Assembly: GCF_023055435.1 (NCBI RefSeq)
Contig: NW_025964361.1
Coordinates: forward strand, 38,130,001-38,194,000
From: Haliotis rufescens
Taxonomy: Eukaryota
Direction: 5' to 3'
DNA length: 64,000 nt
Each line of letters opens with the position of its first letter. Position 1 is the stretch's first letter. The translations under genes and the position numbers were made by a program. Of the stretch, positions 11,918 through 25,172 are shown piece after piece. The notes beneath the pieces were generated by a model. The model was not told where the DNA came from, searched no databases, and saw nothing but the letters and a program-made list of their open reading frames with translations.

Positions 11918-12050
11918 CTTTTATCGTTTAGCAATATCACTGCGGGGGACACCAGAAATGGGCTTCATGCATAATACCCATGTGGGGAATCGGACCCGGG
12001 TCTTCAGCGTGACGAGCGAACGCTTAAACCCCTAGGCTAATCCAACGCTT
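11918..12050 (-). mobile_element. SINE family A, diverged
   Basis: Matches the family-A consensus. Confidence 0.8.
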
Positions 12051-13164
12051 CCACAAGAAAAAGAGGCACGTTTTGGCCTAATGGATAATTTTGTAATGTA
12101 ATAGTTCTTTTATCCACAAATAACATGTATCTTATGCTTGGTGAGAAAAAGTCAACTGGTTTTAATAGATATTTTTAATAATACCTCCTATATACATACA
12201 CTTGGATGCGAATGAAAAAATATATTGATTTTCAAAAAGCTGACGGAATGGTAACAGTTCGAGCAATGTGGTCGACACTGACAAAAAAAGATAAAGTGAT
12301 GATGTAGAACATTACCAAAGGAAACTTCAGTCGCCACAGCGTTACTATGACAACAACGTCGTACCACTAGGTGCCGCTATGTCCGTATTTGGCGTTTTTT
12401 TCGACAGGTCTCAATTCGATGAGGAGTACTCATCAGCTAACCTCGCGTCTTACTCTCCACATTAAACTAATCTATTATGTATGATGTATTATCATGAGAG
12501 AATACAATTTCAGTATTAACACCGCAACTGGCGACAGCTCAATCAAGCTCTTTGATATCGCCGCTCACTTGCCATAGATGGTAAGCACTTCCGGGTTGGT
12601 TTTACCCGATCCCCGAGGTGGCGCCTCCGGGCATGTCTGTGACGGTGACAGTACAGGCGCCTGTGTAGCTGTCACAGAGGAATGGGTGAAGTATGATGTA
12701 TTAATGTGTATATGCTTGTCAAGGTTGAGGAAGTGAACGGGATAAATAAATAGGCCTAGGGGCTTGGTGGCCGTGTTGGTCGGACATGATGGTGGAAAAC
12801 CCACCACGGGAACACATGCTCTAATTTGACTTGTTTGGGATGGAAATATTGTTGAAGGTTCTTCATTTTCGTCCAGAGCAAATAATTATTCCCTTGTATT
12901 TCTTACCAGTCATTAAAAAGAAGTTGGTGGTTGAGTGGTTAAAGCGTTGTCTTGCACGCTAATGATGCTGGTTCTGTTCCCAACAAAGACAATTTGTGTT
13001 AGACATATGCTGAAATAAGTGAAACTGTTTGAAACGGTGGGAATGTGGTTAAAAGCGGCGCGATCTTAAATACTAAAATGGTAATCACCCGCACAAAAGT
13101 AGGGTGTGTGTGTGCGTGCGTGCGTGCATGCGTGCGTGTGCGTGTGCGTGTGCGTATGTGTGTG

Positions 13165-13405
13165 ACTACTAATTCCGGTTTATAGTGCTAACCCCCTGAT
13201 ATACCATGCCGCAATTTATTATACATACCCCACTCAGACACATTATACTGACGCCGAGCCGACCAGTCCTTGTTTTATCAGGGACCGTAACAATAACTGC
13301 CATCTCTTACCGCCTTTTGGTATGACGCGACCAGGGGGTCGAACAACCGACCTACCGCTCTCCGGGCAGACGCTCCATCTATACCCACGAACCACGGAGG
13401 CGGTC
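13165..13405 (-). mobile_element. SINE family D
   Basis: Head with A/B boxes plus MD-like body, next to a (GT)/(GCGT) tract. Confidence 0.8.
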
Positions 13406-14235
13406 CCAAGGAAACAGACAACACTCAACTGACGCTGTGGAGAACAACCTTCACGACATAATGACTGTCATCGCAAGTAAACCAGTATCGTTCAAAGCGG
13501 TTTAGGTGTACTTGACATCCTGTTTGAACCCCCCCCCCCCCCCCCCCCCCCCCCAAACATCGCACACGAATACACCCACTCTTACCCATTAACCCCGCAA
13601 TCACCCTACTCTTCCTCTCACTATTATTTGTTTTGAGCCATTTTCCGCCCCGGGACATCTGACGCCATATGTATGACTGGCTCTTCCTCTGTCATATGTA
13701 AACACATACGGTGTCGTAAGAATTGATTGTTTCGTTATGCATGTGAGACGGACATGAAACCGCATGTAGCGGCCCTACCCTCACCCTGAAACCCTACGCC
13801 CCCGACACAGGGAGTGGAGAATGCAGGTGCACACTGTTCCGTGTTTGATAGGGTTATCTTTAACTGGTTGCTGTTGTCAAATTGACAAATGAAACAGCGA
13901 CAAAAACATTTACATGATCATAAGAAATCTCTGCTAAAAGCATAGGCCATTGTACGACTCCGACTGTAACATGAGCATGTGGTTATGAATCACTATCACA
14001 TAGTGATGATACCAGGTGTTCGAAAACATGCTACCCATTAAGCACTTGCTGAAAAGACCACATATTGATATAGTCAGGCGTTACTTACCTCGTTTAAACA
14101 CCTTAAAGTATAATTTTGTTACTGAAAATTTTGCAGTTATCCTAAACGTTGTGTTAAACTGACAAACTCCTTTCCATAATCATAAGAAGTGTCTGTTGAA
14201 AGCGGAATCCATTGTATGATTCCAACTATAACATA

Positions 14236-14420
14236 AGTATGTGTTTATGAATCACGTTTACATGGTGATAATACCAGGAGTTCACGCAATAGTGAGCGTA
14301 TCCTGCCCACCGGTGGCACCCGTCACAAACACATGCAAAGGCAAGTCAATTGTTCACCTAAATAACCCATGGTAACACATGGTACAAGTCAAACTGCATC
14401 GGACATCATTGTGGTCCCTG
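14236..14420 (-). mobile_element. Naiad-type element 3' end (second relic at about 13975-14050)
   Basis: Homologous to 40760-40960. Confidence 0.7.
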
Positions 14421-14970
14421 GTGCACGTGTTGACTGATGACATTAGACCACGCGAGATCATACGAGATTACACATGATCATACCGACGTCATACAAGACG
14501 TTTTACTGTGTTTAGACACGCCTCTTCCCTCTGCTTTACACACCCAGACGTTGACTTAATGCCTTGCGTGAAACTGGGATATTGCTTTTTTATAAAATAG
14601 GGTAACTGCTGGATAGATATGAAACATATACTCAGCGTTATTGTTGAAACGTCACGCAGATAAAAGAGATAAGAAATATAAATGTATTAAAAACGTCGCA
14701 TTTTCAACTTCAAAGAGTGCAGTTCAGTTGCATCTGGAATGAACCATTTTATATCCACATTGACTGTCACTTGTCATGTATTGCACATGGACGGGTAAAC
14801 CACTGGTTACATTCAGGAGTGGGTTTGTGGTATTTTTCCCCATCACCTCCAATCTTGCTCTTTTATGGTGTATCAAAATTCGTTTACCATTTTCATAAAA
14901 GCATCCAATGAGTGTAATTAGGTACAAACAACATGTTCTTCCACTGTTAATCACATTGTCTACATACTCA

Positions 14971-15232
14971 GTGAGTGAGTGAGTGAGTTGGGTTTAACGC
15001 TGCTTTTAACAGTATTCCAGTTATATCATTTCGTGTCAACTTAATGTAGGAGGAAAGCCCGAAGTGATGCAGGTCTCAGACGTTTACCACTTCGGTGAAA
15101 CCCACGAGCATGGATATAGAGCTGACAAACCTAGAAACATAATCGGGGCGAACCGGGATTCGAACTCATAATCATAGGTTTCTGGAGTGCCCAAGGGACG
15201 CAACTCTGCACAGCGAATCGCGACGCCTTAGA
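14971..15232 (-). mobile_element. SINE family C (Meta-domain-like)
   Basis: B box, gtgggtttcacc...ctttcctcc core, shared tail and (actc)n. Flanking repeat gtctacatactcag. Confidence 0.85.
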
Positions 15233-15837
15233 AGACATACTCGTCTACATACTCAGACACATTGAAGGTTGTTGACATATGTTCATGTTTGACACCCTCC
15301 GTACCTCGGTGACCCCCAAATAACGCTGAGTATATGACAAAAATCAGTGTGCAGACAAAGAGATTGGTCATGGAACCACACTGACCAAGTTCATCAAACC
15401 TAATCCTTTCGCACGAAACCATTTATTGCTGTTGCCCACTGAACCAACCTTTACATTGTGGTTAATCCCAGTGATTCAGTACGATTTACGTTGGTTTTAG
15501 CAACATTCCATCAATATTTCTACAGCTGACACAATGCATGGGGTTAGCACGCCTATGAAGGAAATAGAACCTTGTGTCGTCAGCGTGAACCCTTACCCAT
15601 GTGCCTACCCGTCGCAAACGTTCTACACAGCGGTAGTCACTTTGTCGCGTTGTTCATTGATAACGAAACAGTTTCGTATTCTTTCCGGATCGAGAACATG
15701 AGTTTTCCTGCTGATTCATTTTGAAAACAATAGAGGGATATCCTTCTTTACGGTTTTTGTTCTGAAACCGAAATTACAAAGTACACAACATTAGGCTTCT
15801 GTCTTGCTATACCATTTACATACTTCCTTTACATAAA

Positions 15838-16003
15838 GGGGCGGTCGGGTAGCCTAGTGGTTAAAGCATTCGCTCGTCACGCCGAAGACCCGGGTTCGAT
15901 TCCCGACATGAGTACAATGTGTGAAGCCCATTTCTGGTGTCCCCCGCCGTGATATTGCTGGAATATTGCTAAAAGCGGCGCAAAACCATACTCACTTGCT
16001 CAC
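15838..16003 (+). mobile_element. SINE family A, full length (tRNA-Asp-like head)
   Basis: A box tagcctagtgg, anticodon-like gtc, B box ggttcgattcc. TSD tcctttacataaa. Confidence 0.92.
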
Positions 16004-16108
16004 TCCTTTACATAAAACATATAAAAAATTAGTCAAAATATCCATACGTCAATTCATAAATTAAAATGCTGCAGTCACCTGCTGTGTCTGTCACCTCTTC
16101 GTGCAAAC

Positions 16109-16284
16109 TAGATACCGTCTCACAGGGAACGGATCCACCGACAGGATACGCAGCCGACAGTGTGAACAATAAAAGGCTTATTTTTCTAAGTTTTTTTTAG
16201 TGTTCACACTGTCTACTGTGTATCCCGTCTAAGTCTTTTATTGTGTATCCTGTCGGCGGATCCGTTCCCCTGAGACGGTACCTA
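16109..16284. mobile_element. MITE with about 44-bp imperfect TIRs, TAG...CTA ends
   Basis: tagataccgtctcacagggaacggatccaccgacaggatac versus gtatcctgtcggcggatccgttcccctgagacggtaccta. Confidence 0.7.
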
Positions 16285-16384
16285 GACACGGCAGGCGATA
16301 ACAACAACACCTGTTGGCCACGTGCATCACTGAACTGACGTAGTGTGACCTGATAGTCCTCGCGCAGCACTGTTCATTCTGACG

Positions 16385-17740
16385 CTTCATAGTTTCCTCT
16401 GACGTCAGGGGTGATGGTGTCACAGTTTAGTCTGACGTCTGAGGTACTCGTCTCGGTTGTTGGTGCTTCTGGCGTCTGAGGTGATGGCGTCATATGATCT
16501 TCAGACGTCCAAGGTACTGGTGTCATAGTTAGCTCTGACGTCCGAGGTACTGGTGTCATAGTTAGCTCTGACATCCGAGGTACTGGTGTCATAGTTAGCT
16601 CTGTCATCCGAGGTACTGGTGTCATAGTTAGCTCTGACATCCGAGGACCTTGTGTCATTGTTTGCTTTGACGTCCGAGGACCTTGTGTCATTGTTTGCCC
16701 TGATGTCCGAGGTACTGGTGTCATTGTTTGCCCTGATGTCCGAGGTACCGGTGTCATGGTTTGCCCTGATTTCAGAGGTACTGGTGTCATAGTTAGCTCT
16801 GACATCCGAGGTACTGGTGTCATTGTTTGCCCTGATGTCCGAGGACCTTGTGTCATTGTTTGCCCTGATGTCCGAGGTACTGGTGTCATTGTTTGCCCTG
16901 ATGTCCGAGGTACTGGTGTCATGGTTTGCCCTGATTTCCGAGGTACTGGTGTCATGGTTTGCTCTGACGTCCGAGGACCTTGTGTCATGGTTTGCTCTGA
17001 CGCCCGATGACCTTGTGTCATTGTTTGCTCTGACGTCCGAGGTACTGGTGTCATGGTTTGCTCTGACGTCCGAGGACCTTCTGTCATAGTTTGCTCTGAC
17101 GTCCGAGGTACTGGTGTCATGGTTTGCTCTGACGCCCGATGACCTTGTGTCATTGTTTGCTCTGACGTCAGAGGTACTGGTGTCATTGTTTGCTCTGACG
17201 CCCGAGGACCTTGTGTCATTGTTTGCTCTGACGTCCGAGGTACTGGTGTCATTGTTTGCTCTGATGTCCGAGGACCTTGTGTCATTGTTTGCTCTGATGT
17301 CAGAGGTACTGATGTCATTGTTTGCTCTGACGCCCGAGGACCTTGTGTCATTGTTTGCTCTGACGTCCGAGGTACTGGTGTCATTGTTTGCTCTGATGTC
17401 AGAGGTACTGGTGTCATTGTTTGCTCTGACGCCCGAGGACCTTGTGTCATTGTTTGCTCTGACGTCCGAGGTACTGGTGTCATTGTTTGCTCTGATGTCC
17501 GAGGACCTTGTGTCATTGTTTGCTCTGATGTCAGAGGTACTGATGTCATTGTTTGCTCTGATGTCCGAGGTACTGATGTCATTGTTTGCTCTGATGTCCG
17601 AGAACCTTGTGTCGTAGTTTGCTCTGGCGTCCGAGGACCTTGTGTCATAGCTTGCCCTGATGTCCGAGGTACTGATGTCATAGTTTGTTCTGACGTCCGA
17701 GGTACTGGCGTCATAGTTTACTCTGATGTCCGAGGTGCTG
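16385..17740 (-). repeat. 33-bp minisatellite (about 38 units), mucin-like TSEQTMTPVPR reading on the minus strand
   Basis: Period 33. Two minus-strand frames are open. Coding status is unproven. Confidence 0.9.
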
Positions 17741-17869
17741 GACCTCAGACTGATTTTGGGCATAGAACATATACCAAGAGAAGCACGGATGACACCAGTC
17801 GTCTGAGACGCCCCAAATCGCCGAAGTGAAAGACTTGCATCAATTCGGGCGTTTCTCCCACGCCTTGAT

Positions 17870-18238
17870 AGTGAGTATGGTTTAACGCTGCTTTCAGCAA
17901 TATCACCGCGGGGGACACCAGCAATGGGCTTCACACATTGTACCCATGTCGGCGCCGCGAATCGCTGTGCAGAGTTGCGTCCCTTGGGCACGCCTATAAT
18001 TGTGGGTTCGAATCCGGGTTCGCCCCGATGTTTCTAGGTTTGTTAGCACCATACCCGTTCTCGTGGGTTTCACCGAAGTGGTAAACGTCTGAGACCTGCA
18101 TCACTTCGGTCTTTCATCCCACATTAAGCTGACACAACGCGATATAACTGGAATACTATTAAAATCGGCATTAAACCCAACTCACTCTACGGCAGGACGA
18201 GCGAACGCTAATACCACTTGGCTACCTGACCCCACCCT
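17870..18238. mobile_element. SINE A (minus) interrupted by SINE C (plus, 17951-18188)
   Basis: A 3' half at 17870-17950, C body, then A head remnant at 18195-18238. Confidence 0.85.
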
Positions 18239-20000
18239 CACGCCGTGATATAACTGGAACACTGTTCCAATAGGCGTTAAACCCTACTGAGCCAGTCAGT
18301 TATAATCTTCAAGCAGTAGGAGAAGTCGTTTATGGACAACATGTTTATGGATTTCGGAGGTAGTGCACTTAAGTCGCGCGTACCCAGGCGTGACAATGAC
18401 ATTATCACATGAGACAGCAGTGTGTGTTACAGCCACGTACAGCCTGTCGGTGTAGAGTCTACTACATTTGTTATGCATTGTTCTCAAAACTAACAATGAA
18501 AATGTATTTGTAGACTTAAATATCGATATGTATATATGACAGTATATTTGTATGATATTACAAGAGATAGAATGTGATGGTGGTCATATTTGGTTTATCC
18601 AAATATCAACGGATGAAAACAACTATTATTAATTATTATCAACCCAATGAGCGGATTGTCAGCAATATTCCAGCCGTATAGCTGCGGCCTGTAAGTCATC
18701 GATTCTGGGCTATGTCACCATGTGGTTGATAGCATGAGCAGCGATTCACACTTCAGGGAGACGATGGCACACAGTCAGTCATCATGTTAATCGACTTTCT
18801 TGCCACAAGCATTGGTTTCACCCAATCCTCTTGTAATCGACCATGACAATTCTACATGAACATGTAACTAGGAAAACCAACTGAAGGCATCTCATCGAAA
18901 ACCCACACATTAATTTAATGAGTTAAGCCCATTTCTGGTGCCCCTGCCGTGAAATTCCTGAAGCCTTACATCAATCTTATTATCGTACCCCAAAGGCGTG
19001 GATATTTGCTCACAGTACAAATCACTGGTTTGTCTGGTCCAGAATCCATCATTTATAGCCGCACTACTTAAGCTGGAATATTTTTTGGGGGACATGTTTT
19101 ATTCCTTTCGAAGGGTTGTACATACGGTTCCAAGGTTGTACAGTAGGTTTAATCAATTGTAGTCTTTAGCTGGAATATTGATGACTGCGATGTTCATCAC
19201 CTAACAAACAAACCAATCTGCACCATAACGAAAATCTACACACAACAAATCACAGATGATCTTGAACACCGTGTAGAATAGAAATGAATGAGCATAGTGT
19301 ATTTTAAATTGTGTGGTATATTATCGTTGATTTGAAACCTTTATATTATACATTTGAACCCTCACACATCTACTTGAATTTTCAGTTTTTGCCAATAGCT
19401 GTATAACTCTACTGCTGAAAGCCTCTGTCAGATGTGATGTATAATTTACTTCCTCTAAGATATATTATGACATCTGTTTTCCGGCGTCTGCCACACCCGA
19501 CAATCAAACCATGTCTCTTGCGCAGCACCGGAAATTGTTACCTCGCCATTGTTCAAACAAGTCAGTTGTCTTGCATATTTCATTGTGATGTACGCGCGTT
19601 GTTGAATGATTGATGGTGGGGGGAAGAATGTAGGGAAATACTGAACTAAAATAGACGAGGCCTCATACACGATATGTCACAGTATTATTACTTTTATGAA
19701 TAATGTAGAAAAATGTAATTAAAATATTTTGAACAGACATATAAGCATTGTAAATACCCTAAATTGAATATTATTTTCGAAATCAACAGGGTTATTATTA
19801 TTCATATCAATATTGTATAATATAGCGTTGTTGACCACCGTAATATTAATACTAATATTAATTAGTAATATTTCAAGTGTGATATGCCCTCATGGCCTCA
19901 AAGAATGCAATCTGCCAAGTCAGCAAACAAATCTTTCCCGGGAACCTACGGGATAAAACCCAACAAACAGATATATGTGGATTCGGTTTACAGAAATTAC

Positions 20001-20131
20001 GGCCAAGTCGTCTAAGGCGCCGCGATTCTTTGTGCAGAGTTGCGTCCCTTGGGCACGCCAGAAAGCTATGATTGAGGGTTCGAATCCGGGTTCACCTCGA
20101 TTATGTTTCTAGGTTTGTCACCACCATACCC
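20001..20131 (+). mobile_element. SINE family C, 5' half only
   Basis: Head and B box, flanked by an about 53-bp direct repeat. Confidence 0.8.
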
Positions 20132-20446
20132 GGGATGAAACCCCACAAACAGACATATGTGGATTCGATTTACAGAAATTACGGTACAAGGACTAGTTTT
20201 ATGTTGAACATAATGTTTTCACGGCTTGAAACTATGCTTTGCAAGTGGTAAAAAGCCCCAAACTTTGCTATGAAGATTTGAGTCCCTTAACCGAGCAAGG
20301 ATCCGCTGGTCTACACAGACATGTATGTGAGTTTCCTCAAGTGGTACACGTCAACTGCCCGCATCGCTTGGGTGTTCCTCCTCCTGTCATATGACTGGAA
20401 TACTAGTTAATGCGGCGTTATACCCGCCTCACTCACTCCTGTGTAG

Positions 20447-20657
20447 GACCTGTGAAGATCCGGGTAGAGAATGGGTCTTCAGCAACCAATGCTTGCCGCT
20501 GTAACGGGATCAGGTGGTCAGGCTCGCTGACTTAGTTAATGCAGGTCATCGTGGCCCAATCGCGGGGTTCAATGCTCATGATGTCAATCACTGGATTGTC
20601 TGATCCAGACCGTCGTCATATAGCTGGAGTATGACGTTATACAACAAACAAACAAAC
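20447..20657 (+). mobile_element. SINE family B
   Basis: Consensus match. TSD ctgtgtag. Confidence 0.85.
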
Positions 20658-21228
20658 ACTGCTGTGTAGCTCTCGTCTACATCCACAAAATGAGATTAAC
20701 AAAATTATCAACATAAGATAAACGATTGAGGCTATCCCCACAGGCGATCAACTGCTTTCAAAATTGTGGAACTTTGCAACAATTGCGTATGTTGAGAAAA
20801 CAACCAATTACGTTTCGAGTTATGTCGTTTAGCTTGGAGCGACAGTTCAGCATGTCAGACACAACAGTTCGGTAATTAGCCACATGTGTTTGGAGTCACG
20901 TTTCCCGGAAGTAGTTAAGATCTAGACAGTTGCTAATTTCTTAAATACGCATCTGGTGACAACAATACGGGAATCAACATACACATGGGGTAAGCGCTTT
21001 CCATGCCAAACCGAATGTTGGTAGGTAGCTACCATTTTCTCGCAGGACAGAAAAAATTGTGATTTCACCGGAGCACATGGAGCATAGTCTAAGCCAGTTT
21101 TTAGCCTTTATACTTAATAATTTGAACTAAATCTAACTTATATCATGCACCGAGGGGCTTCCGGGCCCCAATCGTTATAGTATTTATATAGAACACTCAA
21201 TAATAAGTTCAATATATCTTACTTTACA

Positions 21229-21500
21229 TGGGCGGTGGGGTAGCCTAGTGGGTAACGCGTTCACTCGTCACGCCTAAATCCCGCATGGGTACAGACCGCC
21301 TCCGTGGTCTAGTTGTAGACGAAGAGCGGCAGGTCCGAGGTTCGATACCCGGCCGCGTCATACATAACGACGTTAAAAAATGGTACTTATTGTTACCCTG
21401 TCTGGAGCTCGGCATTAAGGGGCTAAAACAGGGACATGTCGGCTCGGAGTCAGTTTACTGTGTCTGAGTGGGGTATTCACGCTAAACTGCAACATGGTAT
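21229..21500 (+). mobile_element. SINE A head (21229-21292) joined to SINE D (21293-21500)
   Basis: Junction catgggtaca|gaccgcctccgtgg. Confidence 0.8.
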
Positions 21501-21815
21501 TAACAACTTATGAGGTACAATCGAGCATACTCTTTCCACCACGAGGGATACACAACGCTTGCTCAGAAGTTGTGTGATCAAGGTTACAACATTCAAGCCC
21601 TCAGCAAAGCTTTCACAAAATGTTATGGTGGACGACATTTCCAAATTTGACGCATCAGTGCCAAAATTATGTCCGATGCATTTTTTTCAGATGAACACTT
21701 TATTTGCCTTTGCATGTGTTTGCGACGTGTGCCACAGGTGGGGCAGGATATGCTCACCTTTTCGCGAACATATGGTATCATCACTATTTGATAGTGATGC
21801 ATTAACCAAGGCTTA
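21500..21815 (+). mobile_element. Naiad-type element, RT C-terminus plus 3' motif
   Basis: QL.RYNRA...DQGYNIQ.LSKAF..YG followed by the conserved 3' motif. Confidence 0.75.
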
Positions 21816-22107
21816 TAATATAGTTGGCCGCTGTCATATAGCTGGATTATTGCTGAGTGCGGCGTTAAACAACAAACAAACAAACCAATATAATATAATA
21901 CAGTCGAAATCGGATAATGGACATTGATTTTAGAAGAGATGTTTTATGATTATGGAAATGTCGCATCCTTTCAACAAAAGAGCGAATATACATTCTTGTT
22001 TAAAGCCACCTATGAGAGAATACTACAATGTTTTCATCAGAACCCTTTTCATCAATATCACTGCTGTTGAAATCTGTTCAAATCAATGTAACTTTCTTAT
22101 ACTAACG

Positions 22108-22372
22108 GAAGAGCGGAATGTCCGGGGTTCGATTCCCGACCGCGTCATACCAAAAGACGTTAAAAGATGGTACTTGTTGTTACCCTGTCTGGCGCTCGGC
22201 ATTAAGGGGCTGAAATAAGGACTGGTCAGCTCGGAGTCAGTATACTGTGTCTGAGTGGGGTATTCATGTTAAACTGCGGCATGGTATCTCAGTGAGCTAG
22301 CACTATAAATCGGCATGAGTCCGGACTAGTACAAGCAGCCACACAACACACACACACGTGCATGCACGTCGC
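22108..22372 (+). mobile_element. SINE family D
   Basis: B box plus gtcataccaaaagacgttaaaagatggtac...tcagtgagctagcactataaa. Confidence 0.88.
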
Positions 22373-22597
22373 TATGTCTGGCTGAGTGTGGCCTCATCAG
22401 GACCGTTTCATCCATTTTCCCTGGCATTATTTTGCTGCTATCGAAGGATTAAATTACATCGTCTATGGAAAGGAAAAATATGATGACCTTTAATTGAAAT
22501 GTATGTATTCCCGTCTCTTGAAAGTCTAATTGAGATATATACTAAGTCAAAAATGTATATGCTGCCGTTTCTTGAAATAATAAACATTTAACGCTTA

Positions 22598-23030
22598 AGG
22601 ACAAATGTACCTTCCTGTGAACGGATAAATGTACTTTTTACTGAAAAGGAAAACCTGCCTTCTTTTGAAAGAGCAAATGTGCCTTCTTTTGAAAGAGCAA
22701 ATGTGCCTTCTTTTGAAAGGGCAATGTGCCTTCTTTTGACGGAGCAAATGTGCCTCCTCTTGAAAGGGCAAATGTACTTTCAGTTGAAAGGGAAAATGTA
22801 CCTTCAGTTGAGAGGGTAAATGTACGTTCAGTTGAAAGGGCAAATGTACCTTCAGTTGAAAGGGTAAATGCACCTTCATTTGAAAGGGTAAATGCACCTT
22901 CAGTTGAAAGGGTAAATGTACCTTCTATTGAAAGGGCAAATGTACCTTCTATTGAAAGGGCAAATGTACCTTCAGTTGAAAGGGTAAATGTACCTTCAGT
23001 TGAAAGGGTAAATGTACCTTCTATTGAAGG
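22598..23030. repeat. 24-bp minisatellite (gaaagggcaaatgtaccttcagtt)
   Basis: About 18 units, progressively diverged towards the left. Confidence 0.9.
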
Positions 23031-23034
23031 AGGA

Positions 23035-23182
23035 AATCCAGGCTGACTGGATAGAACGGTCAGGCTTGGTGACTTGGTTTGTGTCGTGCTCACAACATCC
23101 ACCACAAGATTGTCTGGTCCAGATTGGACTTTGTACAGACCGCCGCCATACAGCTGGAATATTGCTGAGTGCGACGTTAAGC
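23035..23182 (+). mobile_element. SINE family B, diverged 3' part
   Basis: Consensus match. Confidence 0.7.
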
Positions 23183-25059
23183 TGGGCATTAATTCCTTTG
23201 GGATATCACATGTCAGCACCATATGAACTGTTTTCAGGTTTGCATCTTTACCATAATTATATTCTCATCAATATTGATAGAAGACAGTTATATCTGTCAC
23301 CTATTGAGCACACGTATAACACTATCCCGCAACGACTTTACTGTGTTCATTAGATTAATATCGAGATGTGATCGTACACCAGAACTGGCAGTTGATCGGG
23401 GACTTGATGGTGTATATCATGAATATAGAGATAACGTTCTCAATTCATTATGGAGTATATTTCCTGGAGTATGCATGCATGCATGTGGGTCCCATTGTTA
23501 TGCATTTGGTATTTCAGCCACGATCCCAGCGCAGGGTCTGGTGTCGTCATCTATATAAACAAGAGGAAGATAAGTATATATGTGTTAACATCAACCCTTA
23601 TTTGTTGTCGGGGTTGGGGAAACTGGGAGAGGGATAACGCACAGGAAGAATGTATATCGGCTGTCACAATATGAAACGTCAACCAGAGAATAACCAAACT
23701 TGAGTATCCGCCGAACAGATTCCATTGGGCGAAATAGGCTAAATAGCGCTGAAAATTAAATGGATGGATCACTGAAAATCAGTGATGATACCAGGGATTC
23801 GCGATAACAAGGATTATTTCATCAGATGGTTGGTGATCGAAAGGTTGTTTAGACAACTTGATTTTTAAATAAGAGCGTAACAATTCTGCCATTAATTTCA
23901 AAACGCCATTGATTTGAAAATCCTCAAAATCTGATTAGTCGATGAGAGCTTTCAAATCACACTAACATGCCTCTTGTTGAGGTAATCACAGCTGAAGCTG
24001 ATCTGTGTGAGACTTACTTCCTCTCAATTTTAGAATATTTAGAGTGTAATAATACATTTTGTGCAAAAAAACACAATAAGTCTGTCAATAGTTCACATTT
24101 GAGAGACTCCAGACAGCTTGCTATTGGAAGATTTAAGGCTTCTTTGACGTCATTACTGTGACGTCACAATGCGAATCAGGCCTGGCTACAGGAAGTTGCA
24201 ACTTCGAATAATGGTGTTTTGTTTAGAGCTATTTGATTAAGTTCTAAAACTGTAGGTAATATATGCTCTACACTGAAAAAAACAGAGATGAAAAATAGAT
24301 ATTCAGTTGATATTCAGTTCATAGATATTCATATAGATATTCATAACTATTTTCTAAAACCTATCAATCAAGTAATTTCAGTTCTTGGATTTCAAGTCAA
24401 GAAGCATACAGCTGATAGCGTATAACGGCAGCTGGACAGTGTCGTTATTTAACATACATGCATTGCGTAGTGTCATGTGTCAGTATCTATTGTACGTTTA
24501 TTACTGATGAGTGTTAGTGTCAGCAAATATAAGACGCTCGTATAATCTCGAAATTAGAAAGTGGCGGTAGCTCGTATATCTAGAGTGAACCCTCAGTTGT
24601 TTACATCCAAGATTTGACACCTTCGTTACCCACGAGATATAGAGAGCTCCGCTGTTAGGGGATTGATTACAGTGGTTAGTTGGTACAGACTACCACATTC
24701 GAGAAGCTTCGCGAAATAACAGTTTCTAGAAGGCTGAATAAACATTCGTGAGTGCACTGATATTAAATATAGAGTTGTAATTTATTGCTGCTGACACATA
24801 TTTGACCCATTGTATTGCCTTTTGCACCTGTTAACCTAATCCTGTGTGTTTCAATATAATTTAATTATTCATTGATCGTGCGTGGTTATTTCCTGATTTC
24901 ACAATTAATTTCTGTACGTACCGATTTCTAGGTTAGCCTTCACATTTCAATTTGGGAATCAACACGTAGAAATGATATACTTGGTAGAATCGATCCCATA
25001 TCCATATAGGCGGAGGGAGGAAACACGACTTTGATAAAAGGCTAGTGGACGCTATTGCC

Positions 25060-25172
25060 TCGGGAAGATCCAGACAGGGTAACAACAAGTACCCTATTTT
25101 ACATCTTTTGGTATAACGCGACCGGGGATCGAAAACTGGACCTTCCGCTCACTGCGGACGCTTCCGTTCCCG
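25060..25172 (-). mobile_element. SINE family D, 5' part
   Basis: Consensus match. Confidence 0.7.

Noticed and set aside
22595-23222. 8-aa repeat ORFs
   Set aside because: 24-bp minisatellite open on both strands and running into a SINE.
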